64,000 nucleotides of DNA from assembly GCA_017499595.2 (NCBI GenBank), contig CM039010.1, forward strand, positions 868,001 to 932,000. Direction: 5' to 3'. A model generated the notes under the pieces. It worked only from the letters and a program-made list of their open reading frames with translations, made no database searches and was not told the DNA's origin. This document shows positions 35,413 through 50,420 of this stretch, piece by piece; positions within the stretch are counted from its first letter, which is position 1; every line of letters starts with the position of its first letter. The stretch is from Psilocybe cubensis. Its lineage: Eukaryota. Position numbers and translations under genes: made by a program.

Positions 35413-38400
35413 AGTAACTTATCTGTATTTTCCAGATGAGAGACAGGAAGGGGAGGAATGAGAATCATTGAAGCAGTTGGAGTACCACGGGTGTGTATAT
35501 AAGATTTTTTTGAGTTCAGGAATAACCCTCTTTCGGATATCCAATTTCAGTGCCGCCAACTTTTCTCACGCACGGGGAGCTTGTTTATATTTGTCCCTTG
35601 CCTCTGCCTTCCATCATCTGTATTGTCTGGCTCACTGCCAATTTATGCAAAGTGCTGAGTACAGGACTACAATAGTGCAGATCCCAGTGCTTTGAGGCTC
35701 GAGTCATAGTCTCGCTCAACGGGGTAACCTTCTCCTCCAGGTGCATTGGGCGTTTCAACTGTGTCAGCAACTCAGCGTCATACTTTGTTCATACTTCTCC
35801 TGTTCACTCAGACCAGTGTTGTATGGTTACGATTTCAGGCGTCTCATACAACTTCACCACAGGAGAGCCACCGTCGACAGTCGCAGGGCACCGCGTCAAA
35901 TTAGACTAGCACGGAATTTTGCGCCCTGATATTCCATTGTCGAAATCCGACTCTCCGAGGGACAGTGTGAAGGGGAGTTCGGATGCTTTCATGGGGCATA
36001 TCCATCTGTCTTGCGTCGAGGGACCCTTTCGCAATGCCGGCGGCTCATTCTCCTATCCCTGATGCGTTGTTGGTGCAGCGTAGGGACACTTTGTTGTAAG
36101 GGTGCCGCCAAGAAACCGCATTTGACTTAGTGCGATTTTTTTTTGCGCCCTAGTTTCTTGGGTTTCGAGTTTCAGTCCCTCAAACTCGACCAAATGATTT
36201 CGCTTGTTCTTTGTTCTTTCTACTTTTTGTTCACCTTGGACCTTGGGTACTGAGGGGAACATTCGTTGTTACACAACCGTTCCCTCCACACCTCACTTCA
36301 GGCCTGCCCTCAGCCTTATGAATAGTCTCATATCCACCAAATCTGCTCAGCTACTAGCTACCAATGGTAGGCATCAGTTAGAATGAAGGGCATCTTGTCA
36401 GGGAAGCTACTCATCTTTCGAGACAAACTCGTTTCCTCTCACGCTACCGGTCGCGATTCACGTCAAACGTTTAACAAAGTATGTTACATGCTCGATTTGC
36501 GGCCATTTCACCTATCTGTGTCTTTCCATTCCATTCAGAGTATGTTGAATTTAATTTGGAAGGATTGGTACAATGCTAATTTTTCTGATCGTTTAGGTAT
36601 CGAGGTCTCTTAACATGGCTTGATTTCCAACCATCTTGTGGTCATTCTGTTTAAGTATGCGGCGTCTGATTCAAATGCCAGTGCCGCAGGTACCATATGC
36701 GCCTTCCGAGATACATTGCTGTTCTTCGGAGCTCGTTTTGCTTTTCCATCGATAACTATATTCCAGTTTCGACCAATGAAGTATGTATTCTCTTGATTGT
36801 CGGCGGTGCTATGTGGGATGTATTAATCTTTGTTGAAGGGCTCTTCCATTTCAACCCCTAGGCTCTCCACTTTGGAGGTGGCGTCATACAATTAATGGTG
36901 GTGCATCTGCAAATATTGTGTTACAAGCATCCGTATCTAAATGTGTCCATATTATGCGGAACATCTCAATATCCGAACACTCTATCAATCAGCTGGCTAT
37001 CGATGTCTGTTCTGTTCTGTTCTGTGCCTCCTGGCCAGCATTATCTCCAAAGCTCGCTGGGGTCTAGCATGGAGCGTCACCTGCAACATTGGACGGATCT
37101 TTACGGTGCCTGATATGAATGCGAGATACTGCGACGTCAAGGCACTCAGACCTTGGACAACCGCTGAGCCGCTATCTTGCTAACCTACTCCGTTCGATTT
37201 AATGCGATCGCTCTTAAAACCGAAATGTTGAAGAAATAATCTGCTATCACAGTGGCGCAGGGGGAGGCTGTTACTGCGGACTTCCGTTCTCTCCTGCCCA
37301 ACTATTCACTCTGAAAACTAGGGTTTGATCTCCTTTTTTGACTCGCGATATAGTCATATATTCTGCCAGGTTATTTAGCCGCCGATTTATCTGCTACCCA
37401 TGACAGAAAGTGACTTGAACAGTGCATCAATAGGGCGAAAGGTTCGACCTCTTGCAACTGCTAAGATACAACTAGGACTACCTTGAAGTGTACTGTAATG
37501 CTGCCTTCGTTTTCTCCGAATCGTGTTCTATCTCATCACGCTATATAGACTGACTACAATGTTGGTTTTTGTCCGGCTTCCACGACTCTCAATATTCCGA
37601 ATATTCCGAAGAAGTCGATGACATGAGTCAACGGCAATGTGACGCCTGAAATTACCCATGTTTATCGCATAAAAGGAGTATGGGAATCAGTTAAAGTTTG
37701 TTCTACCAGTGCCAGTGCGATCTCTTTTGGTCGGATGACAACAAGCTGATTTAATTTTCTCATTGTTTCGCAGATATGTTTTGAACGCTCCAATGGAATT
37801 GAGGGTGCGAGTCCATTGTCCGGAGTTACGTTAATTGTTTAGTGTCATTGCAAGCTGTTGATGTTGAATGTTGAGCGCCGATCGGGAAAGGGTGATCAGG
37901 CGCTTCGCTTGCACCTTGTAGCTACAGCAACTCGCAGTCGGTGTCATACATAGAAGGTAGGCTTAAAGAAGCGGAAGGCTGCCAAGGTCCAACGTGCCCT
38001 TTGTTTTTCCATCTTGCCGAAAAATTTCAGGATGTCGCAGGAGCGCGGCGCAAACTTCGGGCAAGTCCTATACATAATCAAAAAATTGATTTCTCATTAT
38101 AGTCAGATTTTTTGGAAGCAGTATATCTGTCGAATTATATTTTACCAGTCGGGGTTTTCAAACGATGAAAGTATACACTATTTTTGCAGGCTTAGAGCTA
38201 CTGCCCGGAGCCATTGATGGGATTTAGTATGACTGATTTGTGTTTTGGCACCCGGAGCAGCCACAAGCTATACGATCACTTCACGCTGCGCTGATTGCTC
38301 GATGCTGATGCGCTTCCTTCGCAAGTGTCGATGCAGATGTATACACAAAAGGGTATTTTGCTGTCAGCTATCGAAGATACAACGATATCCGCGCCAAATG

Positions 38401-41400
38401 TCGCCATGTTCCCGTTCCGGAATATATACCCACCTTGGTCATCTGTGCCGAGCCACATTCGCGGGGTTTGGATCTGCGGCATATGCCATCGATATCGTGC
38501 TTATCTCCCCAAGTACATGCCTAGTTAAGCTTATCCAACGAACGTATGTCGTCTCTTCTTCTCCTCTTTTGATATAGGTACTGAGAAAGCAAAAGTGTCT
38601 AGTTCATCCGAGTCTAGGCCCAAGCCACTTCGTGCTCTGAATCGTATATACATAGGCCCTAAAGCTCACCGATTCGTTTTTATCTCCCTTGCCCTTCCCT
38701 ATCCGGCTTGCCTTTCGCTCTTTATCTTCACTTTTACAGTTCCCGATTGTGCACAGAATGCGCTATACCCGAACACGAGCACAAGCACGAGCACGCTGGG
38801 TGGCATAAGGATGTTTTACACGGGCTAGGGTAAGTAATTTATTCCAATTCGACAGCTTCAGCCTCCTTTGGAGCGAAGGCATACACACAGGTACTAATGC
38901 ACTTGTAATAATAATAGATCTGGCACGTCTGACCAAGTAACGAGTCGAAACTCCTCGGATTTCATCAGTTTTTTAACTGTTATTTTTGCTTTCTTTGACC
39001 CCTTTTTGTTCTGTGCTGGGGTGTATCTGTGCGCGAAGTTTTCGCCCTTTGGAGACTCTCGCTCGGGCGCTTTCCGTCTCGTGATCTGGTGGTTTGGCAT
39101 TTCCCTTTGATTTGACTCGCATTGTTTGCTATTCCTGCAGAGGAATAAAACAAACATGATTCTGTACAGGCTAACAGGGTACTTGGTGTATTCGCACTGC
39201 TCTGTAGGCATCATTTAATGGTCACAGCTCTTGTACGTGTTCATTACCTACCGTCTTATGCAACAAAAGACTATATTTTATAGACTTTTTGACAGAATAT
39301 GGCAGCCTAACTTTCGTATATCCGTGACGTGAGTCCTACCTCGTAGTACATACACTCTCGCTCCCGTGCACGCTAGTTTATGGCATAATGTTGGCGGATC
39401 CACCATGCGATACAGTATGGGTGCGTCGACAGAAATAGTGCTGAAGCATGTCGCGATTTTTGTCATGGCAGGTATTTTAGGTTATTTCTGCTGTCTTGTG
39501 TGGAGACTTCTGGAGGCATGGCTTCAAATTCTAATATTGGAGGCTTTGAGATCGGTATCTATGTGAGGCTTACTATTACAAAGTGATAGGCAATGTTATA
39601 TATGGATGTGATGCACTATGTTTGACTCACCGTTATCAGAACCTCCTTTATCTGTTTGTTTGGACCCCTGTGGTATTGACTACAGGCGATTGGCAATGGT
39701 AGTCTGTCGGAAAAAGGACAACAGGCTGCAAAACGCCAACGCCAACGCCACTTGAATCCTGAAATCTGGCGGGCCAATCAGAGTCTCTATGTCTCCAGGA
39801 ACGTCGACTCCTGTCTTCACGGTGTTCTGTGTTACTCGGTTTCGGGCATGTTCGGTCGTGTTTTCAGTACTCCCCGTTGCTTTCTTTGACCTGTGAGCCC
39901 TTGCAGCATGGCATTCAGGCGGAAATGACCTTCCAGATGGACAGTATGAATGGCATTCCATTTTCCAATTTTCATTTAAATTGAAGCTTGAACCTTGACT
40001 GTTTGCAGTCGTATACGGTCCGAAATTTTGACAAAACGCCGTCGTCTTTTTCCTTTGGAACTTGACGCCTTGAGTCTTGAGAGCCCCATTCCATCTTGGC
40101 ACAAATCCATACACAATTGTGGTTGACAGTGCGAGGTTCTCGGTGTTTTTATTCATCATATCATCATAAATCTCGGAGATTCCCAGAGCCCACAGTGAAT
40201 ACATTCACACCACATACCATGCCCAATTGCTGGTTGGAGACGGACAGCTGAGTGTATAGCCTTGTTTAGCCTTTGCGATTGAATTGATGATGTGCAAGGA
40301 TCCTGAATACCTACGTTCTTTATTGTTCTTGTTTTCAGTGCTATTTATTCCGCACATCGGACGTTGTGAGCCGTGATTAGAAAGAGTCAGAAGACATATC
40401 TTGAATCGTTTTATCCGGATTCATTTTATGGTTACAATTTCTATCAGAAATCGTGTTTCTGATTGAATGATTACAGGGGTAAGAACTACAGGACATACTT
40501 GGGTTTACATTGCACTATGGAACCTGTTATAGACATCACGCGAAAAGGACAACTTTCTATTAATTTTGAAGTCCCTACATAGTAAGCTCGATAACGCGTC
40601 GTGTCAGCCGGGATATTTTGCCAAGGGCCTTTTCTGCGCCCACACGGCCACATTTCCGCCGGAGTACAAAACGCCCTGAGCTCCGGTTTGGAAGAAAGAA
40701 GCAGGGAAAATTTTACGCAGCTGTACTAGGACCTTAACAATTATAATGTTGACTTGGTGTAGGATACCCCCGCGTACAATGGCACAGGTGTCAATACCCC
40801 AATGGGATGAAGAACTTGCTGCATGATGGCCGACCTGGATAAATTTGGACTCAACTGCGGACGTTTTTTCGATCATGTGGCGCAATGTCACAGTTCAGAG
40901 CCGCTGCCATCAAGAAGAACATCCTCAAGGCCTCAAGGTGCAACCTTCCTTTCCCATTTACACTTGCTCCAGGTCTACTTTTCTCTCACATATGTTGCGC
41001 TCTATAAGGTTGGGTTCAGCAAGGCGAAACACACCCGGAGTAGCGCGTGGGCTTTTGGGGCCAATGGAGCCTGTCTTGCGACTGGTGGAGAAAAAATAAT
41101 AGAGATGGAGCACATTAGGTTTATATACAGTTGTACAAGATGACGGAACATCAGTAACGCAGCAACATTGACCGCGAATAAGCTACGGTACCGCAGAAAA
41201 TAGGCATCACAACACTTACGAGATAGAACCCCTCTTTCGAAATCGATGTTACACGAAAAATTACCAAATCTATATATATAACCACCGGAATTTCAAATCA
41301 TTGATAAGATAAGATTGTCACTTCCACGCGTCGTCACGGCACACAGTGCTGTCACTCTGAACGTGACTCGGTGTCGGTCGCATCTTTGGTGGTCAATTTT

Positions 41401-41465
41401 GCGGCCTGAACTCTCGTCGCCGTCCCGTCTGGCTTTGGCCCACGTCCCCATTCGACACATAGTAA

Positions 41466-44400
41466 ATGCAGCAAGAAGTAATCGAATTATTCTTTTCGGA
41501 CGACGAAGATCGACGGGACGATGAAGATCCTTACTTGGATAGAAGGGCTCTTTTGGAACCAGTAGTTGGACGCGTTGTGGATGCTTTGGGAGGTCGGGAA
41601 GGTGGGGTCTATGTGATGGGTGATCAAGTGAGCGGGTGCTTGAAAGATTTGAAGAAACTATGGAGAAAGGACGATACTGACGACGAACGCACGGTCGCTC
41701 GACTCTTCTGGGAGATGCGTGTCCTTCCCAATGATCTTGTCCCCATCTTACTTGAAACGGCAGGGAAAGGCTTGGTTGAGGACAAGAGGGCGATATCATG
41801 CATTGACCTAATTACCGCGATGACATGGCCTATCGATATGGCAGAGGAGCTGAAAGAACTTGACGAGGAACTCGACAAAGGCACGGATTATACTGCCCTC
41901 CTTCAAAGCCACCTTCACTACAAGGCCGCTCTACTACAACCAGGCGTGATACAAGCGGTATTTGGAATCATACTTCCTCCTTTAGCCAAGGGGATCAGGG
42001 AGAGAGTGGAGCGAGATGGTCAGGTCATCAACGTTGCTCTACACCTAATTCGAAATCTCGCTTTCATCAAGGACTTGCCATCTAACTCGCATTTGAGTTC
42101 CGACCAGGCAGAATTCTCCAACCTTCAGTCCAAACTTATCCGGTCTCTCTCTGAAACTCACATTATTGATCTGATCCTGACAATTGCTGCAAACACCGAC
42201 AACGATCCTCTTTTCAATAGCTGGAACACCCTCGTTTTAGAAATACTTTATCTTCTTTTCCGAGGGGTCAAACCAAACACTTTGGCCGTCGATCACTTGA
42301 AGGTAACGTCTTTTATGAAATCAATCCTCAGACCTTGTTGATATCTCCTTCCAGCAATCAAAGGACAACCTTCAGCGTCTTCTTGCGCTCGAAGACCGAA
42401 CGCGTCGCGACCTCAGCCGTAAAGCTACGTCTCGCCATTCGCGTTTTGGAACAACCATTTCTGTCAAGCTCAATCCTGATAAGCAAACAGCAAGACTTGC
42501 CGACGGTAATGCGGCTGATGCTCAGCCAACTGCTTCAACATCGCGCTCCATGGTTTTGCATCGACAGCAAGCTATCTACAACGATTCTGGGACAGTTCTA
42601 GATATGGCTAAACGACAGAAGAACAAAAGGCTCAACAAGGCAGACGACCTTGGCGTAGAGACCGTTCTTTCCATGGAGGCTAGGGTCATTTTGCAGGAAT
42701 TAGCTACTGAATTCTTGGGCTCGTGTTTCAATCGTAAGTTATGCTTGCCACCTTATTGACACCGTCATATTGAAATATTATAGCTTTCCTTTCCACTCTC
42801 TTAAAGGATATTCGCTCTGAAAGGCCGAAGATTACGGAGAAGGATAATCTCCGACTACTCTATGTGACCAAATGGTTCCTGGAATTTTTCCTCTTCATGC
42901 GCTCCAAAGAAAAGCACGATAAGGCTGCTGAAGATAAATGGAACTTTGGCCTCGTTGCCGAGGTTACAGAGCGGTCATGGATCATATGGGTACTGAAACG
43001 CATGCGAGAGGCAGTAGAAGAAAAGGTACTTTGCCAATTTGTCGATCTCTGTCATGTTAAGCTGACAAACAACGTTTAGCCCAAGCTATGGAACGAACTT
43101 CAAGCGGGAATAGAGTGTTTGACCCAACTCCTCCTCCTCATCGACAAGATGTCCTCTTCGGAGATAACTGACCCCACACTGCAAGAAGCCGCGGAAGTTT
43201 TACAACAGCAGCTCGTGTACAACGGGGAGGTACTAGATATTGCGTTAGAAAGTCTGAAGTCATACAAACCAGGGACGCAATCACTTGCCTATCTCGACTC
43301 CAGTGTTTATTTGGCTTACGCGTTGCTCCGGATGCTCGAGAGATGGGGCAAAGAAAAAGGAAATGAGACGTATGTACGACAGAAAGTTACAAAGAAAAGG
43401 CGCAAGAAAGGTAATATTCAACTTTTTATCCGCGTTCTCGTTGCTGATGATCCTCACAGGCATCACGGAGGAAGATGGCATTCCAGATGTTGAAGAAGAA
43501 GAGGAGGTAGTGGACGATGTCATCACAGAAACATTGTTCACGTTTGAAGTATTCGAAGCAGTATGAAACCTCTCTTTTCTCCTTCATCTCTTTCCTAACG
43601 ATCTATTCCTTAGAAATTTGCGCAATCGGAAATCACCCATACACTTTTGACGTATTTGGAGCGTTATCGTGAATTTTCTTCTTCAGAAAACATGAGGCGA
43701 GTGGTCAGCTTGCTCCACAGACAAGCCATCAAAGCCAAGGCGGAAGGGCTTTTTTTCAAGGTCCGTGATGCGCGCTTGTTTTGACCCTTCGACGAATGTT
43801 GAAAAATCAAATGTGGATACCGTTTGTATGTAGGTCTCAACTTTGGACCTCTTCAAGACAATCCTTGCAGATCAGAAGTCCCTGCCACGAGAGCAGCCCT
43901 ACAAAGACCTCATAAACCTTGTTAATTTCATCTTGCGTCAGTTCTTCAAAGCATTGGAAAAAGATCCGTTTTTAGCTGTTGAGGTACGATCTATCAGCCG
44001 CCTGTCACTCCAAGTCATCAGACTCACCTAACTCGTTTTGCTATCTGCAGGCGTTCTTCCCGAAGAATCGCGGAAATTGGAAGCAATATTCCAGCTGGGA
44101 ACCAGAAGAGAAATCGAAGAAATCAAAGAACGTTGTAGACGATAAACGTTTCCCACCTGACGTGGTAGTGAAGAAAGGTTTTTCCTGGAGCGACCAGCTT
44201 GGAATCGCCATTTCCGTTCTTGTTGAAGCGGGCGAGGCTGACCTGGTGAAATGGACCACACAGGTTTGCTATTTTTTTCGAACCAGAAATTCGTCTCGAA
44301 GCTGAATGCAAATACAGATACTATCTCTGGTTATTTCTCGACGACATCGTATCGTTGAAGAGACAGATAACAAGGGTGACGATAACGCGACTGTTGAACA

Positions 44401-45471
44401 TGACGACGTTGATTCCTCGGCACAACGGCATAAGCCACCTTCGGACGAGGCGTTGGCTAAATTTACAGACTATTGTGAGAACATGCAGTGGTTGTGATGC
44501 ATCGTTTCTCGTCGTACTGACTTAATTTTACTGTCCAGTAATTCCGTATACCAGCGACGAACAAGCCGATGCGGCCACCAATAACCCTAATTTGAAGCTG
44601 TTATTTCGGTTGTCTAAATTTTACATTCTCGACCAAGGTAAGGAAACTTTTTCCAGGCTTGTCGAATACAATCGACTCATTTCCGCCTACAATAGACTCC
44701 GATGAACTGGAGTGGTATATACCCTCAACGATAGAAACAGACGAACTGCAAAGAATCCACAACGTGATCAATCAATTCCTGGACACACCGTTCGATCTTG
44801 ATGGGAAGAAGGCTTCTGAACTCCTGCAGAAGAAGCGACGGCGCAGGAGGCGGCGATCCCCGTCACCCGATTCAGACAATGCGGCAGTGCTTTCAGGTGA
44901 CGAGCGCCGAAGTAAGAAACGAAAGGAGAAGAAAATGAAGGAAAAGGAGCAATATAAATCGGCGCAGTTCATCGAGGACAGTGACGAGGAGTATGGAAAT
45001 ATGGAGGCATTCCTAGAAAAAGAGAAACTCCAGCGTCAGAAGGCGGTTTTAGCTGCAGAGGCTGAGGGTCTCAATCGGCCACCGACAATGAAAGCTTCGG
45101 GAACCAAGAAACGCCGTAGGAAAAACATGGAGGGCTCAAAGGCCAAGAAACGGAAAGGGGATGTATCCTCTGCCCGCAGCTCGGGCGCCGACAATTCGGA
45201 TGACAGTGAGGTGGAGGTAGTCTCGATCACCCACACACAACCTAGCAGCTCTGTAGGGAACCAGACCCCGAAGAAAACGCCTCGAATTCGTCCACGTCCT
45301 CGCCCGAAACGCCTTGAATCTGTGTTGCCTGGGTCTTCACCTATAGCGATGTCTGACCATGACAATCTGCCGAGCTCACCGTCGCGCGAACAGAATGTCG
45401 AACCCGAGACGTTGGCGGGAAGGAGCATTCGCTACACCAAGCGGCTAATTCTATCGGACGACGAAGATTGA
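41466..45471 (+). CDS. TOF1: Topoisomerase 1-associated factor 1 / Swi1 / Timeless replication fork protection protein, multi-exon
   Basis: ALGG...YVMGDQVSGCLKDLKKLWRKDDTDDERTVARLFWEMRVLPNDLVPILL, LTWP-like MTWPID, SRHSRFGT, and a C-terminal YKSAQFIEDSDEE. Confidence 0.92.
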
Positions 45472-48400
45472 GAGCCCTCAGACCTGTTTCTTTATTTCTT
45501 CCATCTTCCCTCATGTATGGTGCCGCATACTTGCCCTGTAGAGCCAGCCTGAAACGGGCGTCAATATCCCATCTGAACTGAATGTACGCAACATGCTTCT
45601 ATGTATTCATCTAAATCTGTATTATTATTTCAAAAACCGGTTGCTAGCTTAATTCCAGACATTGTACACATCTAGGGTGATTGATGAGGGCTGAATAAAT
45701 TTATCTTCCACGAACCAAATTGGAACTAGCAACATGGAAGCGGGCGAAAGGGAAACATTCTTCCAGTTAGAAACTTCGAGTAATCGCTCCTTAACCCTGC
45801 TGACCACGGTGATTTGCCACAAAACAAGGTTTAGTAGTGGAATTCATTTATTTCACATTTTTAATCTCCAAATTCGAAAACCTTCCGGCTCCCAGTCACC
45901 TGTGGGTCAGTGTGTGGGCCATCATCATGTTCTTCACATCTAACGGTCCGAAAAATCCAGGCTCACCGTTCCTATCATTCACACTACCATGCTGCCCAAA
46001 AAAGAAGATTTGGAGGAGTTTTCTCATCTTCTGAGGGTGCTCTGAATAGAATTTACGTGGGAGGGAACTGTGGGGACAACATTCTTCTGACACGATAAAC
46101 ACCCAGGTCCCAGGTCCGTCAATCGGAAATCGCGTTTCGACATCAAGTCAAGCCACGCATGTCGTTACTGGACCTATCGACTTGCAAGATGTGGAGTCAG
46201 TATGACTCTAAAGCATATTTTATCGACCAAGTATAGGTCTGGTACACGGAACTGTGCCACGTTGATCTTCATTTTTCAAAGGTCTTTCAACTCTTCCACT
46301 GACTCGGAATGACGCCGATAGTTTCACAAGGAAGAGAACTTGCTATGATAAAGAAAGTTCCAGATTATTCTACAAAGTTCACTGCGCTCTTCATGATACT
46401 ACAGTGTACTCACAGCTTCAAGCTCCATTGTCTTACGAGTTACGCCAGTCTAGATAGCCGATGCGTCGCGGGGCTTGAAATCGTGGTAACGCGCAACCCT
46501 GCTCAGGTTGTCTGCCGTACGTACCTAGACTTACCTTTTGCGGAAAACATGTGAGCGGAAGCAAATTTGCGATCTTTTCTCAAAATGGTCTGCCAAGGCG
46601 TTTGTACTTCAATTGAAGAGGGGTGAACACAAACCCGTTGACCCGTCGGCCCTGTGGGCGATCTTCTTATGGAAAGATTGAGCCCAGCAGCAGAATCATT
46701 CTCATTCCTTGTTTTCCAACTATCTTTCTCACTCACCGATCTATCCCTTGAGCATTGATTAATATTGATATTGGGTATTGGGCAACAATCACCCAGTTAG
46801 CCTTACTAAGCTAGCGTTCGCATTCAATCGCCCCGTTCCTCCGAGTTATTCGCACCATGTCGACGGTCTCGAGGAACATTCAGGTCTTAAGGTTTGCTTG
46901 TTTTAAGTTAATATTAGATATCGTAATAAAACACGCTCAGAAGGGCTGTTTTAATTGCCGTTATGTGGGCTGCAGTTTTTTTGCCCGAGGTAGGCAGGCG
47001 TGCTAAGTAAACGATAGTATTCTTCGACTCCATATGCCAGTCAGACGCAGATTGTTAATAAATTCTACCTATTTTCTTCAAAATCGATGTACATACCGGG
47101 CTCCTGGCTGTTGAACGGATATTCCCGTGGCGTACTACGGCGGGCGCTTCTGCATGTAAGGTTTTTGTACATATTTCGTACACGTCAATCTGATAACAGA
47201 GCAGCCTTGCACAGGCTCTGCAAAGGCAACTGCTTTATCGAAGTGCCGTGATACCCGGACATACACGCAAGCCTATGTGCTTCAGTTTTATACGGAATAA
47301 GGACAAAAAGGTCCTGCAGCTTAAAATACATTTTCTTGGATTACCTTTGCTTGAATTTTTGAGACCACGGTCTGTGGCTGGCCATGGATGGCTGTAACGC
47401 AGTTTGTACTAAGATCAGATCACATAGATGCTAAAGATATCAGACACCATGGGTTTCAACTTTGCACAGGCCTTTCGAAAGTCGGGATCATTGATAGTTC
47501 AGATATCTAAATGCTCTCTTTCTAATTTACTCAAATCTAACCCTAAGCTCTGGGCTATCAATGACTACTTCAAACTAGATACTGAGGCAAAGATGATATG
47601 AATCGAAATATGCCTTGACAACCTATAGACCGGAAGTGATTTACATGCCTGAACGCAGCTGAATTCAATATTCACTGTGGGCCATCGAGAGTGTGTGAGG
47701 CATCTGACTGCCAAGCTCACCTGACAAGAGAGCTCGGATATGTGCGAAGAAAAACGATTGGCGGATTGGGTTTCCCATGGTTTCCGAGGCCCTCTACAAG
47801 GTTGACAATGTTCAGTATACTCACATGTATAATCGTTCTCGGACAGAGTTATTTGTAGAGAGATGTGCGCCACTAAACCATTTGGACTGCAATTCTTTGA
47901 CGGGCAAAGACAGGAGAAGATGGGGGCTCGCGGAGTGCGAAAGCAGACATCTCTACATGGTTGGCCACTCATTTTGGACAAACCTACGGAAGCTTTTAGT
48001 TTTGATCGGGGATCAACAGTATCACTCCCTCAAGCCTCCAGGCATCAGGCACGGCGCTCATGTTCCACCATTGCCGCAAGTTGCCGCTGCCGATGGCAGG
48101 GCCGTTTTGTCCCAGCAAATATCCCATTTTCAGCGAAGCATCATGGCCAAATTAGCTTAGATGCAAATGCTACGTCAGAGAAAGAGCATTGATCCTGATG
48201 TGTATTTGGAGATAAACAGAACAAGAAGATCGCTGGTTTGTAAGTGTGGCAGGACCCGATCCATAGTGACCCGATACTACGGTACAGCTTGGTGTGCAGG
48301 GTCAAACTAATCCAGAGCCTTGCAACCAAATCGAAGAAGGGCGAACAACTCGGGAAGTCAACCCTCGAAACCTATTCAAAATGGAATTCATAAAACCCAG

Positions 48401-48508
48401 GAATGGGCGCTGCAATTAGAGACCGCGAATATAAGTTGGAGTCTCGTCCTCTATAACTCTTTCCAAACCCCGATCCCCATTCCCCAAACCATCCTTTACG
48501 TTACTATC

Positions 48509-49649
48509 ATGTCGTCTGTTACTGGCCATACGGCACACTCTGAGCGCCCTGAGCGCAGCCGTAATGCTAAAGCTCAAGCTAGGCATCGAGCAAAGCGAAA
48601 GGCCTACATAGATCAAGTATGTCGTTCTCGGTCTACAACATCGAAAAAGTCGTTAACACGCGTTCTTAGCTGGAGCAAACTGTGACCAAGCTCCAGGTTG
48701 CTGTTGGATATACCACGGAGCAAATTCAATCACTGCCACCACCGCTACTAAAGATTCGGGAACTGGAGCAGGAGAATGCGCGTTTGCAGAAGGAGAACGA
48801 TGAGCTTCGCCGATTGTTGACGGACCCAAATTCGAGGTCGCTCTCGTCCGACTCCGGGCGACGTCCATCAATTGGCTCTTACCAGGACTCGCGAAGTAGC
48901 GATCGCGATTATATGATTAAACGCCGCAAGCAGGACGGAGTTTATATTGTACGTTTCTTGGTCATCATTGACGATCCCGACGACGGTGGAGGCGGACTGA
49001 TTCGAATATTATTAGAGCCCTAGCGACACACCACCGCACGTTAACGAGACATCCCGACCACCGCCCCCTTTGACCATCCCTCAACCACTCTCCCACCACT
49101 ACGGAAATAGCATCGGTTCAAGTTCAAACCATAGTACCAGCAACCAAAGCTCATTATTCAACCTCCACGCTCCAGCATTCCAGATGCCTAACACACCGTC
49201 GGGGTCGAGTGCCACCTCGAGTCCTCCATTTTCGGCGAGTCTTTTTCCTTACAATTAGTACCCTAGGGGTGCCTTATACTGGGGACTTGGATCCTAGTGA
49301 TCATTGTTTTTCTTTCTGTAGCCCATTCAAATGCAAAGTTCCTCGCACCTTCCTATGGACCATCGTTCGCACATATCAAGCCACCACTCAATGTCAAATT
49401 ATTCGCATGGTGGTCATTATGTTAAGGTGGAGGATGATCATTACAGTGTCAGTCCCTAATTTCCATTCATCTTCCTTATACTGAACCCTATACTTCCAGA
49501 CGGCAAGTCAGACGAGTCACCACTCGTCAATGCCTTACTCGTACTCCAACAATCACGGGCAGAGTCAGGGTCAGAGTCAGAGTCAGAGTCACAGCGGAAT
49601 GGATTGGAACAGTACATACTCATCGGACAGATCACACCTACACCGGTAA
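48509..49649 (+). CDS. bZIP transcription factor, multi-exon
   Basis: Basic region RSRNAKAQARHRAKRKAYIDQ|LEQTVTKLQ, second heptad IRELEQENARLQKENDELRRLL, Ser/His/Gln-rich tail. Confidence 0.85.
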
Positions 49650-50420
49650 TGTCTTTGTATTTCTATGTAATAAAAGGTTATGGTGTCGTCTATGCTTTCG
49701 TTAGAATATACCCTTCGCTTTTACTGTTTTTTTACCGTCGTACAATAATTCACAATCATCTTTTTTATCTGTTCAGCTCTTGGCACTTGGCGCATGCTAC
49801 GACTCGACGCAACGACTCTGATTAGCTTGTGTAATAAATATCGCTTTCGTAAGTTCATTTACGAAAGAACGAGAAAAGTCTAAGTGATCGTGAGACAGAG
49901 AAGATCAGAAACCCTAAAGAGGGCAGATCTGCATATAACGGCAACATGGTACAGAAGTCATACACAATCAAGTGTGATATTTTTGTAGGCCGCAAATTCT
50001 TATGTATAAGTGGAAGCAACGATGAGAGAATTTGCTCACAATGCGCCATAGTGCTGTTCCTACATCGTCCGCGCCCAGTAAGAAAATCGGATGCCCTTTG
50101 GAAGCCATGGTCAGTGGCTTCTGACCATTTTATGATAAAGAGGCCATGTTTTTTGTGGCATTCGCATGCGTGGTGGCTGTCAAGTGCTACGATAATCATA
50201 TCCTTCGGCTTTATTCGACCAAAAAGGCATATAGATATGATGGGCCAACGCCGTCATGGATTCCATTGTCTGAACATAAAGGTTGCATTCAGCAAGTCGT
50301 CTCTTGGACCACTGTGGCATTTCTTAAGGCAGTCACTTATAATGGCGTGTTTATACACATTAATAAATTATTCCTCCTACAGACTGTCAGTCAAAAATCT
50401 CCACTCATCAGTGATTTATT

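Noticed and set aside
36383-37183. Possible spliced gene on the + strand
   Set aside because: Intron-like signals are present, but joined frames hit stops and no family is recognisable
39680-41143. 174-aa minus-strand ORF and stop-interrupted plus-strand frames
   Set aside because: No recognisable motifs or consistent exon structure; may be decayed genes but cannot be supported
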